In this document: positions 41,488 to 52,246 of the stretch, one piece after another
Layout of the letters: each line of letters begins with the position of its first letter
Numbering within the stretch: the first letter of the stretch is position 1
Origin: an uncultured Muribaculaceae bacterium
GTDB lineage: Bacteria; Bacillota_I; Bacilli_A; RF39; UBA660
DNA length: 64,000 nt
Assembly (NCBI GenBank): GCA_964533935.1
Contig: CAZHOG010000001.1
Span: 35,702-99,701 of the forward strand
Direction of reading: 5' to 3'
Position numbers and translations under genes: made by a program
The notes under the pieces: model-generated
Seen by the model: the letters and a program-made list of their open reading frames with translations, nothing else
Databases searched by the model: none
Told to the model about the DNA's origin: nothing

Positions 41488-42894
41488 CTATATATTAGAT
41501 AATTCTCCGTCTAAACTAAAACTCTTTGCATCAGTAATTAGTACATTTACTATTTTTCCAATACAATCCTCAGCATTTGAAACATTTACTAATTTCATGG
41601 TATCAGTATAACCAAATACTTTTTTAGTATCTTTTTCACTTGTACCTTCAATTAAAACAGGTACAACTTTATTAACATATTGTTTATTTTTTTCTAAACT
41701 ATACTTATTAATTAATTCATTAAGTCTATATAATCTTTCTTCTTTCTCTTTTAATTCGACATGATCTTCGATCATACTAGCAGGTGTTCCTTCTCTTTTA
41801 GAATAGATAAAAGTATAAGCACCATCATATTTACATTGGTTAACTACATCTAAAGTTTCATTAAAATCTTCTTCAGTTTCATTTGGGAATCCAACAATAA
41901 TATCTGTGGTAATTGCAACATTAGGGACAGTTGATTTAATCTTATTATAAAGAGTTAAATACTCTTCTTTTGTATATCTTCTTCCCATTAATTTTAATAT
42001 TTTTGAAGATCCAGATTGTAATGGCAAATGAATATATGGCATTACATTATCATACTTAGCAATAATGTCTATCATTTCATCTGTAAAATCCCATGGATGA
42101 GAAGTTACAAATCTTATTCTTTCAATCTCAATTTTTGCACTCTCTTCAAGTAATTTACCAAATGAAGAATCATCATCTAAATCTTTGCCATAGGCATTAA
42201 CATTTTGACCTAATAAAGTAATTTCTTTATATCCTTTGTTTTTCAAATCCTTAATTTCTTCTAAAATAGCTTCCATCTTACGACTTCTTTGTTTACCTCT
42301 AGTATAAGGGACAATGCAATAAGTACAGAATTTATCGCATCCATACATTATATTTACCCAAGCTTTAATATTAGAATCACGAGAATATAACACATTTTCA
42401 AAAACATTACCTTCATTTGAAAAAACTTCTATTTCTTGTTTTCCTTTTGCATTCAAAATCATTTTAGGCAACTCATTTATATTATGAGTACCAAAAACAA
42501 TATCCACATAAGGATGCTTATTTTTAATTTCATTTGCAACATTTTCTTCTTGAGACATACAACCACCTATTGCAATAATCAATTCTGGTTTGTCTTTTTT
42601 TAAATGTTTGCATCTACCTAAATAACCAAATACTTTATCATGAGCATTTTCACGAATAGCACATGTATTTAATACAACAATATCACTTTCTTCTAATATT
42701 AATGTTTCACTATAACCTAGTAATTCTAAATATTTTCTAATTTCTTCTGAATCATGAACATTCATTTGGCAACCATAAGTTTTTAAAAAATATTTTTTTC
42801 CATCAAAAACATTATTTATATTATTATCATTTTCTAAATATAATACTTCTTTATCAGATCTAATTCTTGCTTCTTTTAAATTTGGTAAATTCAT
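41488..42894 (-). CDS. miaB: tRNA methylthiotransferase MiaB (radical SAM, MTTase family)
   Basis: It has the N-terminal MTTase domain (YFLKTYGCQMN), a radical SAM CxxxCxxC (YGCDKFCTYC) and a C-terminal TRAM domain. Confidence 0.9.
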   Translation of the reverse strand: MNLPNLKEARIRSDKEVLYLENDNNINNVFDGKKYFLKTYGCQMNVHDSEEIRKYLELLGYSETLILEESDIVVLNTCAIRENAHDKVFGYLGRCKHLKKDKPELIIAIGGCMSQEENVANEIKNKHPYVDIVFGTHNINELPKMILNAKGKQEIEVFSNEGNVFENVLYSRDSNIKAWVNIMYGCDKFCTYCIVPYTRGKQRSRKMEAILEEIKDLKNKGYKEITLLGQNVNAYGKDLDDDSSFGKLLEESAKIEIERIRFVTSHPWDFTDEMIDIIAKYDNVMPYIHLPLQSGSSKILKLMGRRYTKEEYLTLYNKIKSTVPNVAITTDIIVGFPNETEEDFNETLDVVNQCKYDGAYTFIYSKREGTPASMIEDHVELKEKEERLYRLNELINKYSLEKNKQYVNKVVPVLIEGTSEKDTKKVFGYTDTMKLVNVSNAEDCIGKIVNVLITDAKSFSLDGELSNI

Positions 42895-42992
42895 AACAAC
42901 ACCGCTTTTCTAAGAATAGATTATATCATGAATGAAACATTATGTAAATTAATGGAAAAGAAAAAAATATAGAAAACAATTCTATATTTATT

Positions 42993-43370
42993 TTATTTTT
43001 TTAAAACTTTATTTTTAGAACAAAATATATCTTTTACATTCAAATCATTAAGCACTTGACTTAATAATGGATTATAATTAATTCTAAAAAATTCTATTAA
43101 TTCCTGTGTCGAAATATTATTTTGCAGTTTTACTACATAGCCATCTGCTTTTTCAAAAACATTGAAAAACATACTATAATTAAATTTCATTTCATAAAAA
43201 TAAACAGATGATAATTGACTAATATATTCTATATTATTATTTTCACAATAGTTTTTAATTTCGTTATCAAATACAGCTACTTTATCTAACTTCAACTCTC
43301 TTATTTCTTCATTTTTATTTAATTCGATAAAAGCATTTGCAACAAGTGTTGTCAAACTCATTATTAACAT
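42993..43370 (-). CDS. Hypothetical protein
   Basis: A 125-aa ORF with no motif recognised. Confidence 0.35.
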   Translation of the reverse strand: MLIMSLTTLVANAFIELNKNEEIRELKLDKVAVFDNEIKNYCENNNIEYISQLSSVYFYEMKFNYSMFFNVFEKADGYVVKLQNNISTQELIEFFRINYNPLLSQVLNDLNVKDIFCSKNKVLKK

Positions 43371-43416
43371 TTAATCATCTCCAATTAAAGATATTAAAAA
43401 CGATTAAATGTTAGAA

Positions 43417-45150
43417 CTAATTAACTTGATAAAAATCTAAAATTGATTTTGCAATATTATTGGCTATCTCTTTTGAATTATCTACAATCCATTTTGCATC
43501 TAAAGAATTATCATGGTATGCAACTTCAATTAATGTGCCACACTTAATGAAAGAATCATTTGCTTCTCCCAATGAGCCATCAGAATATTTAACTCCTCGA
43601 TCAGTTATTTTTTCACGATACGGATAAATTTCATATAAATTATTATAAATATTTGATGCAATAGATAATGCTTTTGAAGTCGACTTATCAACGTATATTT
43701 CCATCCCTTGTATGTCATGATTACTACTTGCATTAGAATGCAAAGCAAGATGCAAATCGCTCTTATGATTGTTGCTTTCTGCTAGCCATAAATTAATATT
43801 ACCACTTGGATTATTTCTATAAACCTTTACCCCAGCATTTATTAGATCTTCATATAAATAATCGGCAACTTTATTCATCATATCACGTTCATTTGTATAA
43901 CCTACTGATGAAACACCTTTATTTCCAAATTGATTAGATGGTGAAAGATATACAACTAATTGCTTATCTGATATTTTAAATTCATAAGTATTAATATCAC
44001 TGTCATTCATATTTTTTTTAACAGCATATGTTTTTATAGTAGTATTTTCATTAATAGTAATTTTATCATTATAAACATTACTATTAATAGTTGGTTTAGA
44101 TCCATCTAAAGTGTAATAAATAGTTGCATTTTCAGTATTAGTTAATAAAGAAATAGAACTTCCTGCTTTAATATTATTTGGATTTTTATCAACATAAACA
44201 GGTTTAACAGTTTGTTTATCTAAAACAGAAATATTTAATATTGCCGTTTTACCTATCTCATCATAATCATCATATAAAGCTTTAAATTCAACTTTATAAT
44301 CGTTATTTTCTTTAAATTCAGATGCATCAAGAATTATATGTTCTTTTGGAAAAGATAATTTTTTAGAACTAACAATTTTATCTTTTTTATCATAAATATT
44401 AATTTGCATTGTCGTAGCATTATTTCCACCCTCAAAATAAATATCTAAATCATCCCAATTCATAACAAAATTATCACTTGGGCTTAGTATTTTAAAATTA
44501 CCAATTATTGGTGTATTTAAATAAAAATTAAATAAAGAAATTGCTCTATCATCTTTATTATATAATTTTGCAGTTACTCTGCCACTATAATTTTTAATAG
44601 AATCATAATTCAAAACAACAGTATCATTTGAAACATCATAATTACCAATATTACTACCTCTATAATATAATTTAACATAATATTCTTCATCACTTTTAGC
44701 ACCTAAAATATTCAAAGTAATGTCTTTAAAATCATTAGCAAAATAATTTTTTTCTTTATTAAAAGATGCATCTAGATTTTTATATTTATAAACATTATTT
44801 GAATTTTTTATTTCATTCTTTTTACTTTTAGTATAAACATTAATTGAAACGGTTTGCTCATAATTCATCATTAAATCACTTATATCAATTTTATTAGAAG
44901 AAGATTTTTTTTCATAAATAACATTATTTTTTTCATCTTTCACTTCTACATTATATGACTTGGCATTATAACATTTAGATACATTTAAAATTAAACTATC
45001 TTTTTGAGTTTGAATTCCTATGATATTAAAGGAACTTAATTTTGGAAATTTATAATAGATAAAACCAAGTATGAAAAAAGCCAATGATATTGCAATCATA
45101 ATCATTAAACAAAATACAATCGGTTTATTAATATCTTTTCTTAATCTCAT
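43417..45150 (-). CDS. Membrane-anchored N-acetylmuramoyl-L-alanine amidase (Amidase_3 family) with Ig-like and Fn3-like repeats
   Basis: It has an N-terminal TM segment and repeated beta-sandwich regions that include a chitobiase/hexosaminidase-C-like motif (ATIYYTLDGSKPT). The C-terminal Amidase_3 motifs are LALHSNASSNH and EVAYHDN. Confidence 0.7.
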   Translation of the reverse strand: MRLRKDINKPIVFCLMIMIAISLAFFILGFIYYKFPKLSSFNIIGIQTQKDSLILNVSKCYNAKSYNVEVKDEKNNVIYEKKSSSNKIDISDLMMNYEQTVSINVYTKSKKNEIKNSNNVYKYKNLDASFNKEKNYFANDFKDITLNILGAKSDEEYYVKLYYRGSNIGNYDVSNDTVVLNYDSIKNYSGRVTAKLYNKDDRAISLFNFYLNTPIIGNFKILSPSDNFVMNWDDLDIYFEGGNNATTMQINIYDKKDKIVSSKKLSFPKEHIILDASEFKENNDYKVEFKALYDDYDEIGKTAILNISVLDKQTVKPVYVDKNPNNIKAGSSISLLTNTENATIYYTLDGSKPTINSNVYNDKITINENTTIKTYAVKKNMNDSDINTYEFKISDKQLVVYLSPSNQFGNKGVSSVGYTNERDMMNKVADYLYEDLINAGVKVYRNNPSGNINLWLAESNNHKSDLHLALHSNASSNHDIQGMEIYVDKSTSKALSIASNIYNNLYEIYPYREKITDRGVKYSDGSLGEANDSFIKCGTLIEVAYHDNSLDAKWIVDNSKEIANNIAKSILDFYQVN

Positions 45151-45244
45151 TTACAAACTTCCTAGCATACTAATTATAAATTATTTTTATAAATAATAAA
45201 AGTTTTATTGCAAAATTATTTTAATATTTCATATTATATTATAG

Positions 45245-45535
45245 GTGATTAATATGTTTGGAACATCTATCTCTACTAAATCATTTTCGTTTTCTAAAAT
45301 ACTAGGTGGAATTTCAAAAACCTTAAATGTAGCAAACCAAGTAATTCCACTTTATCAGCAAGCAAAGCCACTAATTAACAATGCTAAAAATATTTTTAGT
45401 ATTGTTAAGGAATTTAATAAACCAGATAAAAACACCCAAATTAGTAAATCTCAGAATAACATCACAAAAAAAGAACCAGTAAATGATTCTTCTAAACAAA
45501 TAATAAATTATAATAATCCAACTTTTTTTATTTAA
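45245..45535 (+). CDS. Hypothetical small protein
   Basis: A 96-aa ORF. It is the lone plus-strand gene between the amidase gene and trmK. Confidence 0.3.
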   Translation: MINMFGTSISTKSFSFSKILGGISKTLNVANQVIPLYQQAKPLINNAKNIFSIVKEFNKPDKNTQISKSQNNITKKEPVNDSSKQIINYNNPTFFI

Positions 45536-46175
45536 TTATTTTCTTTAATCTACGAATGTTTTTTATTAACTTAAATCTTTGTGAAAAATTTCTACGGGGA
45601 ATTTTTTTTAATATGCCACTATAATCAGCAATTAAATATTTGTAATATTCTATATTTTCTTTTTTATATAACCCAAACAATAAGATATTTTTCTTTAATT
45701 TTTGTTTTCCTTTTATATACTTAGAAACTACATAATAATGTTTTTTTTCATAAATAATTTTTTCATCAACAAGCGAATAATTATTATTCATCATATATTT
45801 TCTTAATTCATATAAATCATTATTTGAAGACAAAATAATTTTATTAATACTTTGAAATTTTTCTTTTTCATCGATAATAGACTTTATTGTTTTTGTTCCC
45901 ATACCAGCAATAACTACTGTATCTAAATTTTTTGTATCAATATTTTTTAAACCATCAGATAAAATTGTTTTTATTTTTTTATTCAAATTATATTTATCTA
46001 TATTATTTTTAGCAATATCTAATGCATTTCTATTTATATCACTCGCAATTATTTTATTACATAAATTATTTTCTATTAAATATATATCTAAATAAGCATG
46101 ATCACAACCAATATCAACTACTGAATCACTTTTATCAATAAAAAAAGCAATTGCTTTTAATTTTAATGAAATCAT
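45528..46175 (-). CDS. trmK: tRNA (adenine22-N1)-methyltransferase TrmK (YqfN family)
   Basis: It has a SAM-MTase fold (VVDIGCDHAYLDIYL ... IASDIN). It is immediately downstream of sigA, as in the Bacillus dnaG-sigA-yqfN block. Confidence 0.8.
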   Translation of the reverse strand: MISLKLKAIAFFIDKSDSVVDIGCDHAYLDIYLIENNLCNKIIASDINRNALDIAKNNIDKYNLNKKIKTILSDGLKNIDTKNLDTVVIAGMGTKTIKSIIDEKEKFQSINKIILSSNNDLYELRKYMMNNNYSLVDEKIIYEKKHYYVVSKYIKGKQKLKKNILLFGLYKKENIEYYKYLIADYSGILKKIPRRNFSQRFKLIKNIRRLKKIIK

Positions 46176-47278
46176 TAATCAGATAAGAAATCCTTTAATT
46201 TTTTAGCACGAGATGGATGTCTTAATTTTCTTAAAGCTTTTGCTTCTATTTGTCTAATACGTTCACGAGTAACATTAAATCTTTTACCAACTTCTTCTAA
46301 AGTATGGCTTGTTCCATCAATAAGACCAAATCTTAATTCAAGAACTTCTTGCTCTCTTTCTTGTAATGTCATTAATACTGATTTTATTTCTTCTTTTAAT
46401 ATTTCATTTGTTGCATAATCTTCAGGAGACATATTTCTTTCATCTGGAACAAAATCTCCTAAATGTGAATCATCTTCCTCACCAATTGGTGTTTCTAATG
46501 AAACTGGATCTTGACTAATTTTAATTACTTCACGAACTTTTTCTGGAGTAATGCCCATTCTTTTAGCAATTTCTTCTTCACTTGGTTCACGATTTAATTC
46601 CAAAGTCATTTGACGTTGAATACGAGCCATTTTATTTATAGTTTCAACCATATGAACTGGAACACGAATTGTTCTTGCTTGGTCTGCTAATGCACGAGTT
46701 ATAGCTTGTCTAATCCACCAAGTTGCATATGTAGAAAATTTATAACCTTTGTCATAATCAAACTTTTCAACACCTTTCATTAAACCAATATTTCCTTCTT
46801 GAATTAAATCAAGGAATAGTAACCCACGTCCAACATATCTTTTAGCAATAGATACAACTAAACGTAAATTCGATTCAGCTAAAATATTTTTAGCCATTTC
46901 ATCGCCTTCAGCTACCCTAATTGATAAATTCATTTCTTCTTCTGGAGAAAGCAAACTAATTCTACCAATTTCTTTCAAATACATTCTTACAGGATCATTT
47001 ATATTAATATCTTTTGTAATTTCTTCATCATTTAATATAATTGGTTCATCTATTTGTTTAATATCTGCTGATGAAGCATCACTATCATCTTCATTTATAA
47101 CTTCAATATTATTTTCAAGTAAAGTATTATAAATATTATCTAAATCATCTGCTTCAATATCTAATCCTTTTAAACAATTAGCTAATTGTTCAAATGTAAT
47201 ATGTCCTTCTTTTTTTCCTAATTCTACTAATTCTTTTTCTCTATCTTCTAATGTTTTAATTTCTTTCATAATCCACAC
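46175..47278 (-). CDS. sigA: Primary sigma factor RpoD/SigA
   Basis: It has regions 1.2 to 4 and the rpoD box ([40 protein letters not shown]). It is downstream of dnaG. Confidence 0.95.
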   Translation of the reverse strand: MWIMKEIKTLEDREKELVELGKKEGHITFEQLANCLKGLDIEADDLDNIYNTLLENNIEVINEDDSDASSADIKQIDEPIILNDEEITKDININDPVRMYLKEIGRISLLSPEEEMNLSIRVAEGDEMAKNILAESNLRLVVSIAKRYVGRGLLFLDLIQEGNIGLMKGVEKFDYDKGYKFSTYATWWIRQAITRALADQARTIRVPVHMVETINKMARIQRQMTLELNREPSEEEIAKRMGITPEKVREVIKISQDPVSLETPIGEEDDSHLGDFVPDERNMSPEDYATNEILKEEIKSVLMTLQEREQEVLELRFGLIDGTSHTLEEVGKRFNVTRERIRQIEAKALRKLRHPSRAKKLKDFLSD

Positions 47279-48998
47279 TTCCTACTTTCAAATCCATAAT
47301 TTTTTGAGCAATTTTTTCTTTTTCATTTTCATCCAATGAATTTTTTAATTGCTTTTTTAAATTTCTAATTTCTTCATCTATATTTTTTCTTTTAATTAAA
47401 TTTATACTATCCATAAATATTTTTTCATTTAATTCATCAATATTACTAATTTTTATTATATCCATAATATCTTCTTTTAATTTAGAAGTATTAATATAAG
47501 TAATAAAATCTGCAATATTTATTGTATTATTCATTTCATAGTAACAAATTATTTCACTAGCTATTAAACGATATTTTTGTTCTTTTAAATACCCTAGCTT
47601 TTTCATATAACTTTTTATATATGAAGAATCATTCATCATATAATACAACACATTATTCACTGCTTCAAGATAAGAATTTTGCTTAACAGTATTCTTAATC
47701 TCCTCTTGTGGTTGAATTTCAGATACACTTTCTTCTTCTAATTGTCTTTTTAATACATCATACGACAAGTTATATTCTTCACTTATTTTTTTTAATGTAA
47801 CTTCTCTTAAAATTTCATCTTTAGTATTTTTTAAATCATTTATGATGACTTTAACATATTTGACTAAATCATCCGTATTATTAAGATTTTTATCTTTCTT
47901 TAAATAGTTTAATTTAAATTCATTAACAGGTATTGCTTTTTTTATATTATTTTCAATTGCCTCAATACCATTTTTTAAAACATAATCATCCGGATCTTTT
48001 TCACCACTTAATCTAACAACAAATGTTTCAATATTATTCTTTTCAAATAGTAAAGCATTATCATAAGTAGCTTTCTCTCCAGCATTATCATTATCAAGCA
48101 TTAAAATAACTTTACATCTTAATTTTTTTATTATATCAATATGTTCTCTTGTTAAAGCCGTTCCCATTAATGCTACAACATTTTTGATACCATTAATATA
48201 AAGTCTTATAGCATCCATATTTCCTTCAACAATAACCATTGCTTTTTCTAATTTAATACTTTCTTTTGCTCTATGAAAATTAAATAATATATTACTCTTT
48301 TTATAAATATTAGATTCTTTACTTCCTAAATATTTTGGAGTACCATCGCTATCAAATACTCTTCCAGTAAATCCAACAACTTTTCCTTCAATATTATGAA
48401 TTGGGAACATAATTCGGTTAAAAAATATATCATATATTTCTTGTTTTTCAGATATCAAACCAAGTTTTCGCATCTCTTCATAATTATAATTCTTCTTAAA
48501 TAATAGCTTATTCAATGAATTATTATTTAAAGCTAACCCCAATTCAAACTCTTTAATATTATTTTCACTAATTCCTCTATCAAATAAATATTTTTTAGCA
48601 TCTACAGCTGAAGAACCATTTATATTATTTTGATAATATTTTAAGGCAATATCCATCATTTCATATTCTCTTGGGAATTTTACTTCTTTTTTTATTGAAA
48701 TATTATTTGATAAATTAAAACCTATTTTATTTGCTATTATACTAACTGCTTCATTAAAAGAAACATTTTCATATCTTTCTACAAAAGTAAAAACATTACC
48801 TGCTGCACCACATGAAAAACATTTAAACATTTGTTTTTCCTTTGATACGCTCATACTTGGAGAATGGTCCTGATGAAATGGACATACTCCAAAAAAGTTT
48901 TTACCTTTTGATGTTAAAGGAATGTAATTTGAAATTATATCTACGATATCAACGTTAGATCTTAATTCATTTAATTCTTTTTCATCGACATATGCCAT
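47256..48998 (-). CDS. dnaG: DNA primase
   Basis: It has a zinc ribbon ([13 protein letters not shown]...CFSCG), a TOPRIM domain (EGNMD ... DNDNAGEKA) and a C-terminal helicase-interaction domain. Confidence 0.95.
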   Translation of the reverse strand: MAYVDEKELNELRSNVDIVDIISNYIPLTSKGKNFFGVCPFHQDHSPSMSVSKEKQMFKCFSCGAAGNVFTFVERYENVSFNEAVSIIANKIGFNLSNNISIKKEVKFPREYEMMDIALKYYQNNINGSSAVDAKKYLFDRGISENNIKEFELGLALNNNSLNKLLFKKNYNYEEMRKLGLISEKQEIYDIFFNRIMFPIHNIEGKVVGFTGRVFDSDGTPKYLGSKESNIYKKSNILFNFHRAKESIKLEKAMVIVEGNMDAIRLYINGIKNVVALMGTALTREHIDIIKKLRCKVILMLDNDNAGEKATYDNALLFEKNNIETFVVRLSGEKDPDDYVLKNGIEAIENNIKKAIPVNEFKLNYLKKDKNLNNTDDLVKYVKVIINDLKNTKDEILREVTLKKISEEYNLSYDVLKRQLEEESVSEIQPQEEIKNTVKQNSYLEAVNNVLYYMMNDSSYIKSYMKKLGYLKEQKYRLIASEIICYYEMNNTINIADFITYINTSKLKEDIMDIIKISNIDELNEKIFMDSINLIKRKNIDEEIRNLKKQLKNSLDENEKEKIAQKIMDLKVGSVDYERN

Positions 48999-49064
48999 TT
49001 TGAACCTCCTATTTATATATATTACAAATAAAAGCCCAATTTCCTTTTTTTTATGACATATTTT

Positions 49065-49535
49065 TCACTTTTTTAATTTAATTTGCACACATTTTACACA
49101 TTTAACGATTAATTGTTGATTTTTATCACGCTTATCACACGTTATTAAATATAAAAGATCCTTTTCTTCCTTTTCTAAATTCATATAGCCATTCTTTTTT
49201 ATATAATACTTTTTTGCTACCAAATACTTTATCTTTCTATTGTTAATAATTAATGTGACTTTATCATTAATATTAATCAAATCTAAATTCTTAAAAAAAG
49301 AAATCTTTGAGTTTCCTGAATGCGCAGCCAAGAAATATAAATCATTAATATAATCACTCTCTTTTAATAAAATAATATTTTTATTAATTGAAGAATATTT
49401 ATATGAAACAATAATTTGTTTTAAACCAATACTTTCGATTATTACTTCATTATTATACGTTACATTATTTTGACTTTGATAGTATGAAGTAAAGTTTAAA
49501 ACTAATCCAATAATTAAAATTATAATTTTTTTCAT
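49065..49535 (-). CDS. Compact sortase-like membrane-anchored protein (putative transpeptidase)
   Basis: It has an N-terminal TM anchor, a His-motif-like YFLAAHSGNS and an active-site-like LYLITCD (the TLxTC motif). It is short for a sortase (156 aa), and the conserved Arg position is unclear. Confidence 0.35.
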   Translation of the reverse strand: MKKIIILIIGLVLNFTSYYQSQNNVTYNNEVIIESIGLKQIIVSYKYSSINKNIILLKESDYINDLYFLAAHSGNSKISFFKNLDLININDKVTLIINNRKIKYLVAKKYYIKKNGYMNLEKEEKDLLYLITCDKRDKNQQLIVKCVKCVQIKLKK

Positions 49536-49588
49536 AAAAATTAATATAACAAAAAAACAATATTAATAAAATTAATATTGTTCGACAA

Positions 49589-50425
49589 TTATTTTAAAGT
49601 ATATGTATTAATCAATGAAGTTATTAAAAGTGCAATTATAACACCATCATAAACATTAATAAAATACGTAAATATTAATGTTAATAACCCTAAAATAACA
49701 CTATAAATAATTTTTTTGAATTTAGTAATTGGACTATATTTATTAATAGCTGATGCAAATACTATTACAAATAAAATCATTCCATTAATAATTATCCCTT
49801 TATGTAATACTATTTTTAATATTATAGTTCCTAAAAAATATGTTACTAAACTTATAACAGGAATTTCTTTTTTATAATAAGTATTTATTGATAATATGAA
49901 ATATGCAATTATTATCATAATAATGGATGAAGAACATACACCTGATATTCCTCTTCCCATAATTATATCCATTAAATTAAAAGAATACTTATGAATTAAC
50001 TCCAACTCATTTGAATATATATTTTTATTTAAAATAGTAAGTAAAACAACCATTACTATTTTAAATATAGCTATACAATTTACATTAGTTTTTTTCAATA
50101 AAAATTCATATAATAAATTAAATAATAATATTAATAAACTAAATAGAAATAAATTCATATTAATCGATGTTATCATTGCAATAATTATAAAATAAACATA
50201 TTTTTCGTTAATATCTACTTTTTTATGCAAAACATAATCAACAATTAGTGTTATTGAAAATGATATAATTGGAAACATAAGTGGTAAAAGCATTTTTAAT
50301 CCACTATATACTAATATTCCATTTTTATAAAATCCATAAAATATCATAGGAAGAAATATGTATAAATAATATTTTGATAAATCATTATTTTTGCTATGTA
50401 AATAATTATTCATTGCTATCACCAT
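49589..50425 (-). CDS. Polytopic membrane protein (possibly RnfD/NqrB-like)
   Basis: A 278-aa ORF with about 8 TM helices. It overlaps the downstream-oriented Fe-S protein gene by 20 nt. The family assignment is a guess from context. Confidence 0.3.
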   Translation of the reverse strand: MVIAMNNYLHSKNNDLSKYYLYIFLPMIFYGFYKNGILVYSGLKMLLPLMFPIISFSITLIVDYVLHKKVDINEKYVYFIIIAMITSINMNLFLFSLLILLFNLLYEFLLKKTNVNCIAIFKIVMVVLLTILNKNIYSNELELIHKYSFNLMDIIMGRGISGVCSSSIIMIIIAYFILSINTYYKKEIPVISLVTYFLGTIILKIVLHKGIIINGMILFVIVFASAINKYSPITKFKKIIYSVILGLLTLIFTYFINVYDGVIIALLITSLINTYTLK

Positions 50426-51551
50426 TTATTTCTTTTTTTATATTGATATAACTCGGACAAATATAATTACATAGACCACAATTAATGCAATCTTTTTTAT
50501 CACATACTTTGCCTTTTAATATTCCGTGAATATTTATTCCAACCGGACATATATCATTGCATTTACCACAGTTAATACATTCTAAGGGTTTTATATTCTC
50601 TTCTTTCATTATAAATAAAGATTTCAAATCTTTAGTTACAATTAAACTATTTATGTCTATTATTTTTCCAGATAATAAACCATTACCAATATAAATTACA
50701 TTATCACTATTTATTTCAACTAATTCATTTACTAATTCTTTAACCAATGTCCCAATTTTACAAAAAACTACTTGAGGATTATTTATACCAGTACCAGTAA
50801 TTGTAATAAATACTTCATCCTTGCATTTTTTCTTTTTAATATAGGTAACACAATCAAATACATCTTGAATATCAATATAAGAAAAATTATCTTTAATATT
50901 TAAATATTTAGTTAAATACTCTTTTCTATCTATTAAATATTTATCTGGAATATATTTTACGTTTAAATCTGGATACATTCCCAAACATAAATTATAATTA
51001 TTAATACTTTCAAAATCAGTTTCTTTAAATATTATAGTAGTAGATTTATAATTCATAATACTATTTATAAAATCAATCATTTCTAATAAATCTTTTGTAT
51101 ACGTTTTATTTATATATATATAATTAGCTACATATGGTTCATGTTCTATACTATTAATATATAAATATTCATTATTGTTTTCTAATTTATTAAATAATAC
51201 TTCATCATAGGATTTAATTTCTTGTAAAAATTCTTCTTTAGTTAATTTATTTAAACTTTTACGAGCAATCTTCTTCGTTTGAAATTTTTCTCTATAATCA
51301 TTTTCAATTAATAAGCTCTTAGATTCTTTATTATTAATTGTACTACAGTTTTTAACTCCCAAAATTTTTCCAGAAACTGGAGAATAAACATTATCAAAAA
51401 TCAAATTTTCTTTATATATAACATCTTTAGGATCAACTTTTAAAGATGAATGTTTATCAATAGGAAGATATATATAATTTGGACTTAAATAATTACTAAT
51501 AGTATCTTTAAGTAGCAATTCATAATTTTTGTTTATAGTAATTAACTTCAT
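50406..51551 (-). CDS. RnfC-like protein with a C-terminal 2x[4Fe-4S] ferredoxin domain
   Basis: It carries two CxxCxxCxxxCP-type clusters (CINCGKCNDICP; CINCGLCNYICP). The preceding region is SLBB-like. There is no clear NADH/FMN motif. Confidence 0.45.
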   Translation of the reverse strand: MKLITINKNYELLLKDTISNYLSPNYIYLPIDKHSSLKVDPKDVIYKENLIFDNVYSPVSGKILGVKNCSTINNKESKSLLIENDYREKFQTKKIARKSLNKLTKEEFLQEIKSYDEVLFNKLENNNEYLYINSIEHEPYVANYIYINKTYTKDLLEMIDFINSIMNYKSTTIIFKETDFESINNYNLCLGMYPDLNVKYIPDKYLIDRKEYLTKYLNIKDNFSYIDIQDVFDCVTYIKKKKCKDEVFITITGTGINNPQVVFCKIGTLVKELVNELVEINSDNVIYIGNGLLSGKIIDINSLIVTKDLKSLFIMKEENIKPLECINCGKCNDICPVGINIHGILKGKVCDKKDCINCGLCNYICPSYINIKKEINGDSNE

Positions 51552-51603
51552 ATTATCACCTAATATAAATTATACTATATTTAATTTTTAAAGTATATTT
51601 CAA

Positions 51604-51634
51604 ATTATAAAAAAACAAGAATTTTATTCTTGTT
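51604..51634 (-). terminator. Hairpin terminator overlapping the stop codon of the 203-aa ORF
   Basis: AACAAGAAT-TTTA-TTCTTGTT (51613-51633) has an A-run on the plus strand, which reads as a T-run on the minus strand. Confidence 0.4.
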
Positions 51635-52235
51635 CTATATTATAGCTTACTTCATAAGTAGCACTTTCATCTTCTGTTATTATTTTAGTAATTAAATCAT
51701 TTTCAAAATAAATAGTTATTTTTTCATTTGTTTCTGAATTAACAAATTCATAAAGATTTGATTCAGTATTTTCAACAAACAATTGAAGATTATCATTTAT
51801 TTTATTATTTAAAATAATATTGATATCATTTTCAGTTAACAAAGTAGTATCTAAAATTTCTTCTTCACTAACCACTCTATATAGATTATTTTCTTTATAT
51901 AAAATTTTTATTATTCCATCCTGATTTTCTAAATATCCACTTATTTCTTCATTATCTTTTTGTCCATCAATTTGATAATCAGAATAAGAATTACTCTTTT
52001 TTAATAAAAATTTATAATTACTCTTATTTAAAGAATCAACCATACTTGCAAGAGTTACTGTATTCTCAACATTTTCAGTTGGTTTTACATAATCATTTTT
52101 ATTAAATAATGAAGCAATTTCTAAAAATATAAAAATTGATATAAAAAATACTCCCCATAAACCTAAGACCATTAGTGCATGTGTTCTAGGATTTTTCCAT
52201 AATTCTTTAAAACTCTTTTTATCTTTTTCTTCCAT
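51624..52235 (-). CDS. Membrane-anchored hypothetical protein
   Basis: A 203-aa ORF with a single N-terminal TM helix (ALMVLGLWGVFFISIFIFLEI) and an acidic extracytoplasmic domain. Confidence 0.4.
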   Translation of the reverse strand: MEEKDKKSFKELWKNPRTHALMVLGLWGVFFISIFIFLEIASLFNKNDYVKPTENVENTVTLASMVDSLNKSNYKFLLKKSNSYSDYQIDGQKDNEEISGYLENQDGIIKILYKENNLYRVVSEEEILDTTLLTENDINIILNNKINDNLQLFVENTESNLYEFVNSETNEKITIYFENDLITKIITEDESATYEVSYNIEQE

Positions 52236-52246
52236 AGATTAACCCA

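Noticed and set aside
41396-41611. A 71-aa plus-strand ORF across the queA/miaB junction
   Set aside because: It is antisense to two conserved genes.
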